Positions 61,716 through 64,000 of a stretch of DNA of 64,000 bases are shown here, piece by piece. Each line of letters starts with the position of its first letter. Within the stretch, counting starts at the first letter, position 1. The DNA comes from Cyanophora paradoxa CCMP329. Taxonomy: Eukaryota > Plantae > Glaucophyta. The notes beneath the pieces were generated by a model. It did no database searches and was not told where the DNA came from. It saw only the letters and a list, made by a program, of their open reading frames with translations. The stretch spans positions 62,001 to 126,000 of the forward strand of contig QPMI01000643.1 in the NCBI GenBank assembly GCA_004431415.1. The letters are read 5' to 3'. Position numbers and translations under genes: made by a program.

Positions 61716-64000
61716 TTAATTAAAAGGAACAGAATTAATACCATCTGGTAAGATGTATCTCTTTGCATCAAAGCAGTTTAGGGCAACCCTTCTACTCACA
61801 GTGTCTATTATTGTGTGATCTGCCCTTCTTTTCTGCTTTGCAGTCACAGTCTTGCTGATACCTGCAAATAAACACTGCTTAAAATCATTAAATTGGAGTT
61901 CCTCAGTTGAAGTCCCAGAGAGCTTACTCCTCTCAATCTCAGCAGTTCTGAAACTGTAAACTTTGGCTCTCAGACCCACATACTCCAATATAGCAGAACC
62001 TGGCATTTCATTTTTGTATTTACCTGGGGTCATTCTTGAATCACCTCCAAGGTCCAAAGAATAAGCAATATTCTCTATATCTTTTGCAATGGTCTTAGAT
62101 TCAATATATAGACAGAAGGAGTCAGTATCATGGAATAGTAACTTTGCTTTTGTCCATTGGGACCTTACAGTATCATAGAAGAACTGGTAATTATGCAGTT
62201 TGGCTGCATCCAAAACATAAGCCCCAATTGCAACAGGCTTATCTAGTTTCACATGCTTTGTGTAAAACTCAAAGGCAACTGCTTTTTCGTTTATGGGGCT
62301 TGTTGATTTCACCAATGGGGAGGCTGCATATTTCATAAATAGTTTCTCACTGTTTGCAATCTTAACCACAGATCTACCTCTGCAAGATTCAATGCATTTC
62401 CCATAGATTGAATTATTCATGAGCTTGTAGAAATCAGCCTCGAATTTATTCACTGCTTTCCTTCTCATGTCAGTATTCAGCTCAATATAGGGTTTCATTA
62501 CAGGAGCCACAGTAAATGATAGGACCCTGTGAACTTTCTTTAATTTCACCCCTTTGTCCAACAGATATTGCAGAAGAGGCTCAGAAATCACATAGTTTGT
62601 CACAGAACCAAAGGTTGCAGTTAGCTTAGGGGTCTTATCAAGCTCTTCTCCTGAAAGATCTAATAGGCTCTTTTGATATTGTGATAATTCGGCATAATCT
62701 ATTATTTTCTTGTTAATAATTAGGGGAAATCACTGTGATCTAGAAACAGCCTAATTGGGTAATCCAGATCAACTTCTAGGAAACTGGATCTGTTATCTTG
62801 TGGGTTGAATTCGGTCTCCCATCTAAAATCACCAACTGGAATTGGCTGACTCAAACAGTAGCCATACAAGTTGTTAGCATCAAACAGCATAATGTGGGAG
62901 TTTTCACCATCAGCCTCAGCATACCTACAAGGCATTGTTGCAAAGCCACCCCTGATTCCCCTCTCAACAAATTCGTATTGCTCTACATCACTTATAAGCT
63001 CTATTTTTGCCTTGGTGGTCCTTAACATAGCATCCCAAGATAACCCAGGGGCAGATACATAATGAACTGGGTCAAGTCCATATACTGAGTGTGAAAGCCT
63101 TCTAAAAGCCTGGAATTTGTTCATTAACTCATCTACATCAGCAGCTCCAAAATCCATGAAATTGCTTGCATCAATGAACTTGTAAAGACCCCATTGCAAT
63201 GACAGGTATTGATCAAAGTTTTTCGAAAGGATTTCGATTCGCTTTTTATCACCCATGCCTGCTATTTTTCTGAAAATGAATGTCCCACAGTCATCCATTT
63301 GGTCAACAACCACTGCTACTTTTGTTTGCTTTGAGATTCTCCTATGGAGATTGCAGTTTCTGCATGCAGGTGCAATGTAATTACCTGTGTGGTGATCATG
63401 ATCCCTGCATTTGAAGTTCTCCTTAGTGAACCTCTCACTGCAAAGGTAACATTGTTTGGTAGCTCTGTAAATTGCTTTCTGCTCATCTGTGAGTTCATTC
63501 ATAGGAATATTGGTGAACAGGAAATCGATCAGCTCTCTTGCTTTGATTTCCAAGCATTCAAACAGACCTCCCATTGGATCCTGACCCTCAAATCGAAAAT
63601 CTTGAACATCTTCCCCAGTGACTACTCTAAGGTTCACTGCTGAGACTTCCCGCTTGGATTTCGATGCATCAATGGGGATGCTTCTATGTTCAATCTTGCA
63701 GTAAACCACAACAGGAAGCCACACAGTTTTCCTGAGGTTTTTCAGTCCAAACTCTATGGTGGTCTCAGGTTTAGGGGTGATTCCCTTTGAGAGTCTCCAA
63801 TCAATGCATCTGTTTGAGTCCACATGAGCAGTGAGTTTAGCCTCAGACCTGAATCGAGATAAGCATGTATCACAGTAGTGTAACTTTTGATCCTTGGTTT
63901 TATCAAGGGCAACTCTGAGAAGTCTTGAAAGGGACATGATTGTAATATAGTGACCATTCCCTTCATCATCATGAATGAGCATGAGATTAATCTTTTGCTT
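61716..64000 (-). CDS. Protein-primed family B DNA polymerase (Polinton type); 5' end beyond the window, frameshift near 62722
   Basis: Motifs FVERGIRGG, LFDANNLYG, YKLMNNSIYGK, FHDTDSF, GLRAKVYS and an endonuclease VII-like CYLC..RDHDHHTG..ACRNCN insert. Adding one C at TTCCCC joins the two ORFs (DFPLIINKKII...KLTATFGSVTNYV). Confidence 0.92.

Larger units (their letters stand above)
56381..64000. mobile_element. Left end of a Polinton/Maverick-like element (possibly two nested elements), continuing beyond the window
   Basis: Sharp GC-to-AT transition at a terminal hairpin, ~3.9 kb of repeat-rich largely non-coding DNA, then adjacent rve integrase and pPolB genes. Confidence 0.9.

Noticed and set aside
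987-62725. Programmed frameshifting at ~1002, 7536, 8553, 10690, 11268, 14690 and 62722
   Set aside because: Each is fixed by adding one base in a short homopolymer run, and sister repeat copies show the intact run. Long-read error or recent decay is more likely; short-read polishing would decide.

Overview
Eukaryotic (protist/algal-type) genomic window. A GC-rich host segment (9133-56380) is bracketed by AT-rich, intron-free endogenous virus-like DNA. Left (1-9132): the right end of an element encoding a ~2400-aa modular LamG/13-aa-repeat fibre-like protein and two paralogous small proteins, inserted in the middle of a giant host FN3-repeat membrane-protein gene. Middle: the rest of that FN3/GPS-like/TM gene (with a near-identical 2.66-kb tandem triplication), an intron-dense PSD2-type phosphatidylserine decarboxylase, a divergently oriented LRR/coiled-coil adenylate cyclase with many GC-AG introns, a large multi-pass TRP-like membrane protein gene, palindrome-saturated intergenic DNA, and the 3' half of a non-LTR-type retroelement (RNase H, Zn motif, C-terminal Ulp1 protease). 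Right (56381-64000): a Polinton/Maverick-like element with rve integrase and protein-primed PolB, inserted in the retroelement. The most striking signal is three unrelated-sequence foldbacks (9058-9132, 56381-56475, 58117-58399). Each has a perfect 28-bp stem running ACACATA...CC / GG...TATGTGT. Two sit exactly at virus/host junctions and have a C-GAA-G triloop on the strand whose 3' end faces the host; in the 56381 copy that strand also has tandem GA mismatches. This points to a family of Polinton-like elements with structured hairpin termini. Many ORF breaks are single-base losses in short runs and may be sequencing errors. All domain calls are by eye; no searches were run.
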